Positions 1 to 14,475 of a DNA stretch of 64,000 bases are shown here, in pieces. Below the pieces are notes generated by a model. The model ran no database searches. It was given only the letters and a program-made list of their open reading frames with translations, and was not told where the DNA came from. How positions within the stretch are numbered: the first letter of the stretch is position 1; the number at the start of each line of letters is the position of its first letter. Made by a program: the position numbers and the translations under genes. The stretch comes from Octopus sinensis (Eukaryota). Location: positions 13,640,001 through 13,704,000 of the forward strand of contig NC_043023.1 in assembly GCF_006345805.1 (NCBI RefSeq), written 5' to 3'.

Positions 1-150
1 TTAGAAACCCCACACCTCCGCCTCCGGAAGGGGGCTTGGTTCATTTGGTGGAGGGGAGGGGGAGCAAAGGGGTGGGTGAATGTTGGGGTGTTGGCTTGGG
101 CTGAGCGGTGGTGGTGGGGATATTGAGTGACTGATTGAAATGTCTTCCAG

Positions 151-158
151 AGGGACTG
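151..158 (+). CDS. Candidate 8-nt micro-exon of the upstream + strand gene
   Basis: tgtcttccAG|AGGGACTG|GTatgc lies in a short unique island, and its phase joins with 1038-1052 and 3876-4019. Motifs this short can occur by chance. Confidence 0.25.
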
Positions 159-179
159 GTATGCTGGGTAGGCTGTGGG

Positions 180-1121
180 TTTATATATGTTTACAGATGT
201 ATATATAAATACTATATATATGCACCTACATACATACATACATATATATATACATACATACATACATAGATATATATATAAATATTATATATATATATTA
301 TATATATATATATTATAAGATATATATATATATATATATTAATATGCAAACATATGTATGACATATATATGTAGATATATTATATGGATATAGATATATG
401 TATATATATATAGAATGTATATATGTATATATATATATTATATAAATAATATATTACAGCATATATCATATATATATATTTATATATATATGTAAATATG
501 TATATATATATACACACACACATATATATATAATATACATATCTATATATATATATATATATTATATGTGTATATATATATATGTTATACATATGAGATA
601 TATATGTGTATACACCCAACATTATATATATATTTATATATAGATATATATACATATACATTTCAATATCTATATCATATGCTGTGTGTATATATATGTA
701 TGTGTGTATATGTATATACATATATAATATACATGTATGCATTTATGTGCAGACACACACACGTTTATACATTTCTGTATAAACATGCACATCCATGTGT
801 GTGTGCATCTGTTTATACACATATATGCACACACACAAAAATATATATTTATATTTTATACAAGTATCTATATATATGTGTGTTAGTATTTAATATATAT
901 ACATATATATGTATATATATATATTATATATATATATTATATATATATCAATATATATACATATTACATAATATACACACACACACCAACATGTGGATGT
1001 GTATAAATATACATCATGTATAATGTGTATATTTTAGATGAGTCTTTCCAGGGTATGTCTTCCTTAAATGCCGTCTTCTCTGTGGAGGCTGGGGGCTTGA
1101 GTGAGGGATGAAGATGGGTAT

Positions 1122-1152
<31 letters not shown>

Positions 1153-2195
1153 CAGACCACACACACACACACACACACAGCAGACCACACCCACACACAC
1201 ACACACACACCAGACCACACACACACACACACATGCTCACAAGTTGTGAAATCCCCCTTTTATCAAGAGATAATTGCCGGCAGATATTTTTTCTCTCTGA
1301 CTCTCACACACGCTTACACACACATACACACACACACACACACACATACACACACACACACACACACACATACACACACACACACATACATACACTCTCG
1401 CACACGTATATGCATACACACAGACACAAAGAGGTGAAGGCATACATGTATACAGGCACACACATATATACATACATATCCATATACAAACATATATATA
1501 TATTATATATATATACACACACACATATACATAGATGCATTTATATACACACATGCATATATATATGTGTATATATATATATACATAAATCACTACTTGC
1601 ATACATATGTACATACTTACATATATATGTATGTATATATACACATACATATACTTATACACACACACATATATGTATGTATATATATATATATATATAT
1701 ATAAATATGCACGTACACATACATATACACATATACATACATACAAACATACATACATACATACATACACACATACATACACACATACATACATACATAC
1801 ATACATACACACATACATACATGCATACATACATACATACATACATACATACACACATACATACATGCATACATGCATACAAGCACAGATACATTTTCAC
1901 ACATACATACCAGCATACAAATATACATACATATATACATACATATATACATATATAACTGCATACACATATACACATATGCACACACACACACGTACAT
2001 ACACACACTTATATAGGCACATATGTTTATTCATGCATATATACCTGTACGTACATACGTACATACACACATTAATAATATACATATATTCATATGTACA
2101 TACATACATACATGCATACATCTCTACATATGCATACATATATACACACCCATACATGTTTAGATATGCACACATACACATACATATAGACATAC
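180..2195. repeat. Compound (TA)n/(CA)n/(TACA)n microsatellite field
   Basis: Read directly; it is the source of the Y/I/H/T/C/V pseudo-ORFs. Confidence 0.95.
1038..1052 (+). CDS. Candidate 15-nt micro-exon (MSLSR in phase 0)
   Basis: gtatattttAG|ATGAGTCTTTCCAGG|GTatgt sits in a unique island inside microsatellite and preserves frame. Confidence 0.35.
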
Positions 2196-2202
2196 ATTAA
2201 AA

Positions 2203-2519
2203 GACTCGCGCGGTTACGACGACGAGGTCCCAGCTGATACGATCACGGAACAGCTTGCTCGTGAAATTAACGTGCAAATGGCTGAGCATTCCACAGACAC
2301 GTGTACCCTAACGTAGTTCTCGGGATTAATCAGCGTGACACAGAGAGTGACAAGGCTGACCCTTTGAAATACAGTACAACTCATTTTTGGCCAGCTGAGT
2401 GGACGGGAGCAACGTGAATAAAGTGTCTTGCTCAAGGACACAACGCGTCGCCGGGAATCGAACTCACACAACCTTACGATCATGAGCCGAATGCCCTAAC
2501 CACTAAGCCACGCGCCCTC
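2203..2519 (-). mobile_element. tRNA-derived SINE (family A); related copies at ~16940-17321 (-) and ~24102-24482 (-)
   Basis: The minus strand reads A box TGGCTTAGTGG, B box GTTCGATTCC, then tgtgtccttgagcaagacactt. The body is shared with the two other copies. Confidence 0.85.
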
Positions 2520-2834
2520 ACTGAGACATACATACTTACATAAAGACATACATAAACACACACACACACGTTCATTCCCTTCATACAAATAGACAGAGAT
2601 ATTAATCTGCCAAAAGTGAATTCCGACACAGATTCTTCTTAATCGCAATCTTCCGTACAGTTAGGCTGACATGGTGTCTCGCTGGGTGTGGGGAAGGAGG
2701 AGTGAGGGGGGGAATCCGGGGGAGGGGCGTTTGAAGAGATGTGGGTTATGTCTTGGAAAGGGGGAAAGGAGCCGAGCCAAGAAGGCGGCGGACGAATGGA
2801 CTCACCCCACAATTGCTTGTTGAATATATGGATC

Positions 2835-3590
<756 letters not shown>

Positions 3591-3597
3591 TTATAGT

Positions 3598-3830
3598 AAG
3601 GCTGCGAGCTGGCAGAAACGTTAGCACGCGGGCGAAATGCTTAGCGGTATTTCGTCCGTCTTCCCGTTCTGAGTTCAAATTCCGCCGAGGTCGACTTTGA
3701 CTTTCATCCTTCCAGGGTCGATAAATAAAGTACCAGTTACACACTGGGGTCGATGTAGTCGACTTAATCCGTTTGTCTGTCTTTGTTTGTCCCCTCTATG
3801 TTTAGCCCCTTGTGGGCAATAAAGAAATAT
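3598..3830 (+). mobile_element. SINE family C (gagctggcagaaacgttagc...gagttcaaattcc...ctttcatcctttcggggtcgat); many copies, e.g. 4968-5545(-), 5614-7010, 13945-14150, 19565-20070(-), 20092-20685, 29980-30215, 49140-49347(-), 57362-57560(-), 59802-60760
   Basis: Recurrent ~230-bp sequence with a B-box-like GAGTTCAAATTCC; the body is often tandemly repeated in ~187-bp units. Confidence 0.85.
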
Positions 3831-3875
3831 ATATATATTTGGTTATACACTCACTCTGTTTTTCTCTCCTTGCAG

Positions 3876-4019
3876 GTGTACAATGCGACCGTCATCTCTT
3901 CCTCAGCCACGTCGACCCCGGCGGAGAGCAATGCTTACAAACGTCGTCGTGGCATGATCGCACTGTTCTGTTTCGCGGGGCTCATCCTCCTCGTCATCTT
4001 CATTGTGTTCAGCCTCTGA
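3876..4019 (+). CDS. Terminal exon of an unidentified gene encoding a C-terminal (tail-anchor-like) transmembrane segment: VYNATVISSSATSTPAESNAYKRRRGMIALFCFAGLILLVIFIVFSL*
   Basis: Strong acceptor (ttttctctccttgcAG), GC-rich island, and a basic KRRR cluster followed by ~21 hydrophobic residues and TGA. An alternative phase-1 frame is also open (to 4315). Confidence 0.7.
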   Translation: MYNATVISSSATSTPAESNAYKRRRGMIALFCFAGLILLVIFIVFSL

Positions 4020-7000
4020 CCAGCGATGAAGACGATGACGATATACTTCGAACAGGCATCGATCACTGCCGACCCCCCCACGACCACCACCACCACCATC
4101 GCCACTGCTGGCATCACCCTCGCTGCTACTGCCACCATTGCTGTTCCCCTCACTGCTGCCACCTCTCTCTGCAGTCACCACCACCAACACCAGTCGTTCA
4201 AGAATTTGGACCTGGAGGTCTCCATTTCCAGCGACTTCAAGGGCCACCTCCCATCGAATACAGGACGACCAAAGTTGTGTTTTTTTTTCCGAGGTCTGGG
4301 GTCTCCCACCCCTAAGCCCTAGACCATCACCTAATCACCCTTAGACCAAACATTTGAAAGGTCCTTCCACACACCACCAACAGCAACACCAGCCGTTCAA
4401 GAATTTGGTCCTGGATATCTCCTTTTCCAGTGACTTCGAGGGCCACCTCCCAGTGGTGTCGGGTGTCAACGAAGAGCCCTTGACTACAACAAGACGACCA
4501 AAGTTTTTTTTTCCCAAGGTCTGGGGGTCGCCTGCCCCTAAGCCCTAGACCATCACCTAATCACCCTTACCAGTCTTGTTTCTTAACAACAACAACACCA
4601 ACACCAACAATCACTGTTGCTTCTACTACGAGCCGACAAAGTTATGAACTATATTTTCCTTCACCTGCATCTACCCTTACAGGTGCGAAAGGTAAACGAG
4701 GAAGAAACTCTGCCAAATCAAGATTGGAGCCTGGTGCAGCCATCTGGTTCGCCAGACCTCAGTCGAAATCGTCCAACCCATGCTTGCATGGAAAGCGGAC
4801 GTTAAACGGTGATGATGATGATTCTGACCAAGCAAAAAACCAAATTATCTTTTAGTGCAAATTTTCATAACGAACATTTTCTTAATAAGCTTTCTTACGA
4901 GATTATTCACTGCATCCTCCTGAAGTTTTGATGACCACTTCGTTGTGAGACTGCTATGGTTGACATACCTATTTCTTTATTGCCCACAAGGGGCTACACA
5001 CAGAGGGGACAAACAAGAACAGACAGATTAATTCGATTATATTGACCCCAGTGTATAACTGGTACATATTTAATCGACCCTGAAAGGATGAAAGGCAAAG
5101 TCGACCTCAGTGGAGTTTGAACTCAGAACGTAACGGCAGACGAAATACCTATTTCTTTACTACCCACAAGGGGCTAAACACAGAGAGGACAAACAAATGG
5201 ATTAAGTCGATTACATCGACCCCAGTGCATGACTGGTACTTAATTTATCGACCCCAAAAGGATGAAAGGCAAAGTTGACCCCAGCGGAATTTGAACTCGG
5301 AACATAGCAGCAGACGAAATACCTATTTCTTTACTACCCACAAGGGGCTAAACACAGAGAGGACAAACAAGGACAGACAAACGGATTAAGTCGATTATAT
5401 CAACCACAGTCCTTAATTTATCGACCCCGAAAGGATGAAAGGTAAAGTCGACCTCAGCGGAATTTGAACTCAGAACGTAACGGCAGACGAAATACCGCTA
5501 AGCATTTTGCCCGGCGTGCTAACGATTCTGCCAGCTCGCTGCCTTTGGTTGTGAGCTGGCCCGCCGCAATGGTTGACATACTGGCATCAAATGGTTCATT
5601 ATTTAGTTTGGACAAGGCGGCGAGCTGGTAGAAACGTTAACACGCTGGGTGAAACACTTAGCAGTATTTTGTCTGTCTTTGTGTTCTGAGTTCAAATTCT
5701 GCCAAGGTCAGCTTTGCCTTTCATCATTCCGGGGTTGATAAATTAAGTACCAGTTGTGTACTGGGGTCGATCTAATTGACTAGTGACCTCCCCCAAAATT
5801 TCAGGCCTTGTGCCTAGAGTAGAAAAGACTATTTTCTTTATAACGAGGTGGCAAGCTGGCAGAGTCGTTAGCATGCTGGATGAAATGCTTAGCAGTATTT
5901 CACCAATTACTATGTTCTGAGCTCAAATTCTGCCGAGGTCAACTTTGCTGTTCACCCTTTCGGGGTTGATAAATTAAGTACCAGTTAAACACTGGGGTCG
6001 ATATTACCGATTCATCCCCATCTCCCGTAATCTGCCCTTGTGGAAAAAATTTGCAAGAACTAATTTATTGACCCTGAAAGTCAATCTTGGTGAAATTCTG
6101 AGTTCAAATTCTACCAAGGTCGACTTTGCCTTTCATCCTTTTCGGGGTCAATGAAACCAGTTGAACCAGTTGAACCCTGGGGTCGATGTAATCGATTCAT
6201 CCCCATCTCCACCAAGCTGCCCTTGTCGAAAAAATTTGAAATAACTATTTAATTGATCTTGAAAGGTTGAAAGTTCAAGTCAACCTTGGCAAAATTTTCC
6301 ACCACCACCACCATCACCATCGCCACTGCTGGTATCACCTTCGCTGCCACTGCCACCATTGCTGTTTCCGTCACTGCTGCCACCCCTCTCTGCCATCACC
6401 ACCAACACCAACACCAGCCGTTCAAGAATTTGGACCTGGAGATCTCCATTTCCAGTGACTTCGAGGGCCATCGCCCAGTGGTGTCGGGCGTCAACAAAGA
6501 GGTCGACTTTGCTGTTCATCCTCTCGGGGTTGATAAAATATGTACCAGTTAAACAATGGGGTCGATGTAACCAATTCATCCCCATCTCCGGCAAGCTGCC
6601 CTTGTGGAAAAAATTTGAAAGAACTAATTTATTGATCCTGAAAGTCAACCTTGGCTAAATTCTGAGTTCAAGCTCAACCAAGGTCCACTTTGCCTTTCAT
6701 CCTTTACGGGGTCAGTGAAACAAGTACCAGTTGAACACTGGGGTCGATGTAATCGACTGATCCCCACCTTCCCCAATCTGCCCTTGTGGAAAAAATTTTG
6801 AAATAACTATTTAATTGATCCTGAAAGGTTGAAAGGTTAAGTCAACCTTGGAGAAAATCTGAGTTCAAATTCTGCTGAGGTCGACTTTGCTTGTCATCCT
6901 TTACGGGGTCAATGAAACAAGTACCAGTTGACCACTGGGGTCGTTGTAATTGATTCATCCCCACCTCCCCCAAGCTGCCCTTGTGGAAAAAAACATTTGA

Positions 7001-7074
7001 AATAATTATTCAGTTTGGACATCATCTCGACAAAAAAAAAAGGGTCTGGAAGATATTTGTGGACGTTTTTGGTT

Positions 7075-8235
7075 AAAACCCCTTAGGATTCATACTACCC
7101 TGTCAAATGTAATCCTTATTTATCCACATCGTTTTGAATTAATCATGGATTATCTCAAAGCTCCTGAGGCTTTGATGATGTGATTGTTTACTTTCGGAAT
7201 GACATTGCAGGTTAAGTGTGAGGGACCTGATCTGGCTAGTTTGAACTTAAAAAATATATTTGGGCGAGATACGTCTTAGTCAAATGTAATCCTTGTTTAT
7301 TCACAATGTTTTGGATTAATCATGGATTATCGCTTAGCTTTGAGATTTTGTTAATGCAATTGTTTATTTTCAGAATGACATTGTAGGGTAAGTGTGAGAA
7401 GCCCGATCTGGCTAGTTTGAACATAAAACAGAATATTTGAGCTTAATTATATGTAATCTTTATTTATTCACATTGATTATTTATTCACATAGATTATCTC
7501 AAAGCTCCTGAGATTTTGATGATGTGATTGTTTATTTTCAGAATGACATTGTAGGTTAAGTGTAAGGGGCCTGATCCGGTTAGTTTGAACTTAAAACAAA
7601 ATATTTGGGTGAGATACGTCCAATATTAATTAATAAGCCATTATCTCAGAGCTTTGAGATTTTGATACTGTGATTGTTTATGATTTGAACGACATTGTAG
7701 GGAAGGTGTGAGAGGCTGGATCTGACTGGTTTGAATATAAAACAGAATATTTGGGCCTAATATGGCTTTCTCAAATGTAATACTTATCTGGCTGGTTTGA
7801 ACATAAAACAAGAATATTTGCGCTGGATTTGGCTAGTTAAACCCCTTAGCACGCAGATTATTCTGTCAAATGAAATCCTTATTTATCCTCATTGTTTTGG
7901 ATTAATCATGGATTATCTCATAGTTTTGAGATTTCAATGATGTGATTCTTTATTTTTAGAATGACATTGCAGAGTAGGTGTGAGAGGTCAGATATGGCCA
8001 GTTTAATCCTTTAGCACGCAGATTATTCTGTCAAATGGAATCCTTATTTATCCACATTGTTTTGGATTAATCATGGATTATCTCATAGTTTTGAGATTTC
8101 AATGATGTGATTCTTTATGATTGGAACGACATTGTCAGGTAGGTGTGAGAGGCTGGATCTGACTGGGTCAAACATAAAACAATATTTGGGCCAATTATGG
8201 TTAGTTTGAAACCTCAGCATTCAGATTACTCTGTC
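7075..8235 (+). repeat. Degenerate tandem array (~6 units of ~170-200 bp), probably MITE-derived
   Basis: Recurring tgtcaaatgtaatccttattta...ttaatcatggattatctc...gaatgacattg...gtgtgagaggc; several units start ttaa(a)cc(c)ttagc. Confidence 0.7.
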
Positions 8236-8367
8236 AGAAGTGTGATGGGAATATATATAGTCAGTACAAGGTGTTGATGTGGCTGTGTGTATATTATTAC
8301 AAGGGTTCATAAAGAGATGAAGAATAAATTCAAGACATATATATTTACTACATAAATATATATTTTA

Positions 8368-8661
8368 CTAGCAGTATCGCTCGGCGTTGCTCGGGTTTGT
8401 AAGGGAAATAACTATATAAGCATTTTTAAGAGAGTTACTTCCCTTATATAAACTGAGCAAAAAATGCAGAAAAATGATGGTAAATTTTTAAAAAATCGTA
8501 GACTCATCGTAGATGCACGCTAATACCCAGAAGGGCTCGATATGAATCACAACTATAAGATACCCGGTTTTGGTTAAACTGCATCGCAAAATGTGGGAGT
8601 AGTTAGGAATCTAAATTGGAGGAGACAGACACTCACACAACTTCACTTTTATATATAAAGA
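8368..8661 (-). mobile_element. Non-autonomous Helitron-like element
   Basis: The minus strand starts A|TC(tttatatata) and ends cccgagcaacgccgagcgatactgCTAG|T (subterminal hairpin plus CTAG, no TSD). It is homologous to 54297-54809. Confidence 0.8.
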
Positions 8662-9008
8662 TTTACTGGTCGATGATGATACATAGAATTAATATGTAGC
8701 AACTAGTTAAAAGAAGTAATCTATGCAAGAAAGTTCAGAGAGAGGAAATATAGAAATAACAGCTAATATATATATTAGCCTCGAGAAAATTATAAAGGGA
8801 GGTTACTCTATAATCTTTCTTGCAAGGGAGATCATTCATCTAGACATTATAGAAACTTCTAAGAGAAACGCTAAGCTTCTTGAATAATTAAGAATCACGT
8901 CTCATGACACAGAAACCTTGAGAAAATTATAAAGGGAGATTACTGTATAGTTTTTCTTGCAGGGGAGATCATTCATCTAATCATTCTATATACATATGTA
9001 CGTATGTA

Positions 9009-9042
<34 letters not shown>

Positions 9043-9087
9043 CATATGTATATATATATACATATATATATATATATACATATGTAT

Positions 9088-9119
<32 letters not shown>

Positions 9120-9144
9120 CATATGTATATATATATATATACAT

Positions 9145-9192
<48 letters not shown>

Positions 9193-9208
9193 TATATACA
9201 TATGTATA

Positions 9209-9645
9209 TATGCCATAATATACATCTGGAAGATCCTAGGACTTGTCCCAAACTTTGGAATCGAGAGTTACACAAATGCCAGAACTGGGCGCCACTGCAT
9301 AGTGCCAAGGACTCTAAATTTGCCATCAAGATGTAGGACAAGATACTGTGATAGCCTGGGCTTCAGAAGCCCACAGCTCTTCAATAGCCTCCCGAAGAAC
9401 CTAAGAGACCTGCATGGGGTGGATGCAGATGTCTTTAAAATGAAACTGGATCTCTTCCTGTCAGGTGTCCCAGATGAACCAGCTTCACGGCAGGAGGTGC
9501 AGATGAGGGCAGCTGCTTCGAACTCTCTCATGTACCAAATGGCAGTTGCCAAAATGCATTCGTGAAGTAAAATCATGTAGCAATGCCAAATGGCGATGCC
9601 CCAGCATGGCCACAGCTTGTGAGCTGAAACTAAATAAAATAAAAA
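9209..9645 (+). mobile_element. 5'-truncated CR1-group LINE: ORF2 C-terminus plus 3' tail
   Basis: [13 protein letters not shown]...[13 protein letters not shown]...[16 protein letters not shown]...SNSL*, followed by a short UTR with a stem-loop and a (TAAAA)n tail. Confidence 0.8.
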
Positions 9646-9759
9646 TATGCATATATATATATATATATATATGTATTTATATATATATATATATGTATTT
9701 ATATATATATGTGTATATATATATATGTATATAAATATATACATATACATACGTATATA

Positions 9760-10040
9760 TACGTCTGGCACCTGTGTTGGTGGCACATAAAAAACACCAT
9801 CCGATCATGGCCGTCTGCCAGCCTCGTCTGGCACCTGTGTCGGTGGCACATAAAAAACACCATCCGAGCGTGGCCGTTCGCCAGCCTTGTCTGGCACCTG
9901 TGTCGGTGGCATATAAAATCACCCACTACACTCTCGGAGTGGTTGGCGTTAGGAAGGGCATCCAGCTGTAGAAACACTGCCAGATCTGACTGGCCTGGTG
10001 CAGCCTTCGGGCCCCCAGACCCCAGTTGAACCGTCCAAAG
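9760..10040 (+). mobile_element. Repeat family D (SINE-like; gagtggttggcgttaggaagggcatccagctgtagaaac); also 4690-4820, 23300-23610, 47140-47360, 48880-49135, 57075-57350(-), 60945-61220(-)
   Basis: Recurrent sequence that ends in (GAT)n in most copies, with internal ~58-bp sub-repeats. Confidence 0.75.
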
Positions 10041-10489
10041 ATGAAACTAGAATGACTTACAAATAGCAACAGATTTCTTTGAACTTGGCAATTTTCTTCA
10101 TCTACTTGAGGAGTGTCTTTTCCGAAATATTATTGGTTCACCATACAATTTTTCCTTCATCAATTTGAAAAGGAGTGTCTTTCCCGAATTATTATAGATT
10201 CTCCATACAATTTTTCCTTCATCTATTTGAAAAGGAGAGTCTTTCTCGAAAAATTATAGTCTCTATACAATTTTCCCATCACTTATTTGAAAAGGAGACT
10301 CTTTCCCGAAATATTATAGGATCACCATACAGTCTTTGTTTTCATCTTATTTTATTTATTTAACTACCTGTATAACTCTAAGTCTTTGTTTTTGCGAACA
10401 TACAACTCATTTACATAAAATATAAAAATATAAAAAGAGGGGGATTTTTCTTGAAATTTTATTTAATCTTTCCATAAAACTAGAGAAAA

Positions 10490-13265
10490 GAAAATGGTCA
10501 AGAATTTCATTACAAAAATTAAATATAACGATCCAATAATATTTCAGGTAAGATTCCCCTCTTCCAAAAGAAAAAGAACATAACACCACATTTCTTTGAA
10601 TTCTGTGATTTACAAAAATTGAAAAAAAGATCCAATAATATTTCAGGTAAGATTCCCCTTTTCAAATAGAAAAAGAAATACAACAGTAGACTACTAATAA
10701 CAACACATTTCTTTGAACTCTGATTATTTTCAGTCATCTATTTGAAAAGGTGAATATTTTCCCGAAATATTATTTAATGATATCATAAAACTATAAAAAA
10801 AAATAAACAAAAAGGCATGAGAATTTCATCACAAAAATTAAATATAACGATCCAATAATATTTCAGGTAAGATTCCCCTTTTCAAATAGAAAAAGAAATA
10901 CAACAGTAGACTGCTAATAACAACACATTTCTTTGAACTCTGATTATTTTCAGTCATCTATTTGAAAAGGTGAATTTTTTCCCGAAATATTATACCATAA
11001 AACTATAAAAATAAATAAACAAAAAGGCATGAGAATTTCATTATAAAAATTTAATATAACGATCCAATAATATTTCAGGTAAGATTCCCCTTTTCAAATA
11101 GAAAAAGAAATACAACAGTAGACTGCTAATAACAACACATTTCTTTGAACTCTGATTATTTTCAGTCATCTATTTGAAAAGGTGAATTTTTTCCCGAAAT
11201 ATTATACCATAAAACTATAAAAATAAATAAACAAAAAGGCATGAGAATTTCATTATAAAAATTTAATATAACGATCCAATAATATTTCAGGTAAGATCCC
11301 CTTTTCAAATAGAAAAAGAAATACAACAGTAGACTGCTAATAATAACACATTTCTTTGAACTCTGATTATTTTCAGTCATCTATTTGAAAAGGTGAATTT
11401 TTCCCGAAATATTATTTAATGATATCATAAAACTAATAAAAAAAAATAAACAAAAAGGCATGAGAATTTCATCACAAAAATTAAATATAACGATCCAATA
11501 ATATTTCAGGTAAGATTCCCCTCTTCCAAAAGAAAACACATTTCTTTGAATTCTGTGATTTACAAAAATTGAAAAAAAGATCCAATAATATTTCAGGTAA
11601 GATTCCCCTTTTCAAATAGAAAAAGAAATACAACAGTAGACTGCTAATAACAACACATTTCTTTGAACTCTGATTATTTTCACTCATCTATTTGAAAAGG
11701 TGAATTTTTTCCCGAAATATTATACCATAAAACTATAAAAATAAATAAACAAAAAGGCACGAGAATTTCATCACAAAAATTAAATATAACGATCCAATAA
11801 TATTTCAGGTAAGATTCCCCTCTTCCAAAAGAAAAAGAACATAGTACAGAGGACTGCCATAACAACACATTTCTTTGAATCCTGTGATTTACAAAAATTG
11901 AAAAAAAGATCCAATATTTCAGGTAAGATTCCCCTTTTCAAATAGAAAAAGAAATACAACAGTAGACTGCTAATAACAACACATTTCTTTGAACTCTGAT
12001 TGTTTTCAGTCATCTATTTGAAAAGGTGAATTTTTTCCCGAAATATTATTTAATGATATCATAAAACTATAAAAAAATAAACAAAAACTCATGAGAATTT
12101 CATTATAAAAATTAAATATAACGATCCAATAATATTTCAGGTAAGATTCCCCTCTTCCAAAAGAAAACACATTTCTTTGAATTCTGTGATTTACAAAAAT
12201 TGAAAAAAAGATCCAATAATATTTCAGGTAAGATTCCCCTTTTCAAATAGAAAAAGAAATACAACAGTAGACTGCTAATAACAACACATTTCCTTGAACT
12301 ATGATTATTTTCACTCATCTATTTGAAAAGGTGAATTTTTCCCCAAAATATTATTTAATGATATCATAAAACTATAAAAAAAAATAAACAAAAAGGCACG
12401 AGAATTTCATCACAAAAATTAAATATAACGATCCAATAATATTTCAGGTAAGATTCCCCTTTTCAAATAGAAAAAGAAAATAGTACAGAGGACTGCCATA
12501 ACAACACATTTCTTTGAATCCTGTGATTTACAAAAATTGAAAAAAAGATCCAATATTTCAGGTAAGATTCCCCTTTTCAAATAGAAAAAGAAATACAACA
12601 GTAGACTGCTAATTACAACACATTTCTTTGAACTCTGATTATTTTCAGTCATCTATTTGAAAAGGTGAATTTTTTCCCGAAATATTATTTAATGATATCA
12701 TAAAACTATAAAAAAAAATAAAGAAAAAGGCATGAGAATTTCATCACAAAAATTAAATTTAACGATCCTATAATATTTCAGGTAAGATTCCCCTCTTCCA
12801 AAAGAAAACACATTTCTTTGAATTCTGTGATTTACAAAAATTGAAAAAAAGATCCAATAATATTTCAGGTAAGATTCCCCTTTTCAAATAGAAAAAGGAA
12901 TACTACAGTAGACTTCTAATAACAACACATTTCTTTAAACTCTGATTATTTTCAGTCATCTATTTGAAAAGGTGAATTTTTCCCGAAATATTATACCATA
13001 AAACTAAAAAAAAAAATAACAAAAGGCATGAGAATTTCATATAAAAATTTAATATAACGATCCAATAATATTCAGGTAAGATTCCCCTTTTCAAATAGAA
13101 AAAGAAATACAACAGTAGACTGCTAATAACAACACATTTCTTTGAACTCTGATTATTTTCAGTCATCTATTTGAAAAGGTGAATTTTTTCCCGAAATATA
13201 CCATAAAACTATAAAAATAAATAAACAAAAAGGCATGAGAATTTCATTATAAAAATTTAATATAA
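10490..13265. repeat. AT-rich complex satellite with higher-order structure (mixed ~70-180 bp sub-units)
   Basis: More than 15 recurrences of gatccaat(aat)atttcaggtaagattcccc; degenerate precursor units at ~10090-10330. Confidence 0.93.
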
Positions 13266-14149
13266 ACATTAATTAAAAAAAATTATTTCTTATCATAAGA
13301 CAAAAACAAAACAAAAAAGATGTTATCATTGTCTTTTTTTTCGTTTTGAATGTATTATTTTGAATAGAAAATGTAGTTTGTGTGTCAGAGTTCACATGTG
13401 CAAGTGCGTGCATTCTGACCTGTTGCACGTTTGTCTTTTTCGAGGGTGGGGGCATCAACAAAATGTGTTTTAAAAGTCATTATTATATAAAAATGTTATC
13501 CCCTTGAAAATTGCTGATGCATGACAATTAAATATCAATTTTTTTTGTATTTCATTTTACAAAATTCTTTAACGTGATAGCCAAGTGCTGAGACAGATCT
13601 TGTTGTATTTTGGGAGGGTCATTACGCGAACAGCAAACAACACTGATTGTATTTCACTTCTTTTATTATCATTATTATTATCATCATCATCATCATCATT
13701 GTTATTAAGGCAGAGAGCTGGAGAAATTGTGTGTGGAAAAAATTGCTTAGTGGTATTTCTTCTGACGCATCATGTTCTGATTTCAAATTCAACAGGGGTT
13801 AACTTGGCCTTTCATCCCTCTGGGGTCGATACAATAAAGTACCAAATTTAGCACTGTATTGGGTAGGTGGGGGGCAATGTAAATTAACTTAGGCTCTAGT
13901 CCCAAAATCTGAAAACATTATTATTATATTATTATTATTATTACTGGCTGAATCATTAGCATGCCAGGCAAAATGCTTAGCAGTATCTTGTCTGTTTTCG
14001 CATTCTGGGTTCAAATTCCACCAAGGTCGACTTTGCCTTTTATCCTTTCAGGGTCAATAAATTAAATACCAGTGAAACACTGGGGGTCAAAGTCATTGAC
14101 AAGTTCCCTCCTGACAAAATTTCAGGCCTTATGCCTTTAGTTGAAAGGA

Positions 14150-14475
14150 TTATCATTATTATTATCATTATTATCATTATTATTATCATCCCATATTACT
14201 ATTATTATCATCATCATCATTATCATTATTATTATCATCCCATATTATTATTATTATCATCATTATCATTATTATTATCATCCCATATTATTATTATCAT
14301 CCCATATTATTATTACTATTATCATCATCATCATCATCATCATTATTATTATCATCATCATTATCATTATTATTATCATCCCATATTATTATTATCATTA
14401 TTATTATCATCCCATATTATTATTATCATTATTATTATCATCCCATATTATTATTATTATCATTATCATCCCATA
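14150..14475. repeat. (ATT/ATC)n trinucleotide tract punctuated by ATCCCAT
   Basis: Read directly. Confidence 0.9.

Noticed and set aside
2480-2519. tRNA-like A/B-box sequences (also ~17250-17320 and 51860-51935)
   Set aside because: They are SINE heads continuing into repeat bodies; no complete cloverleaf is evident.
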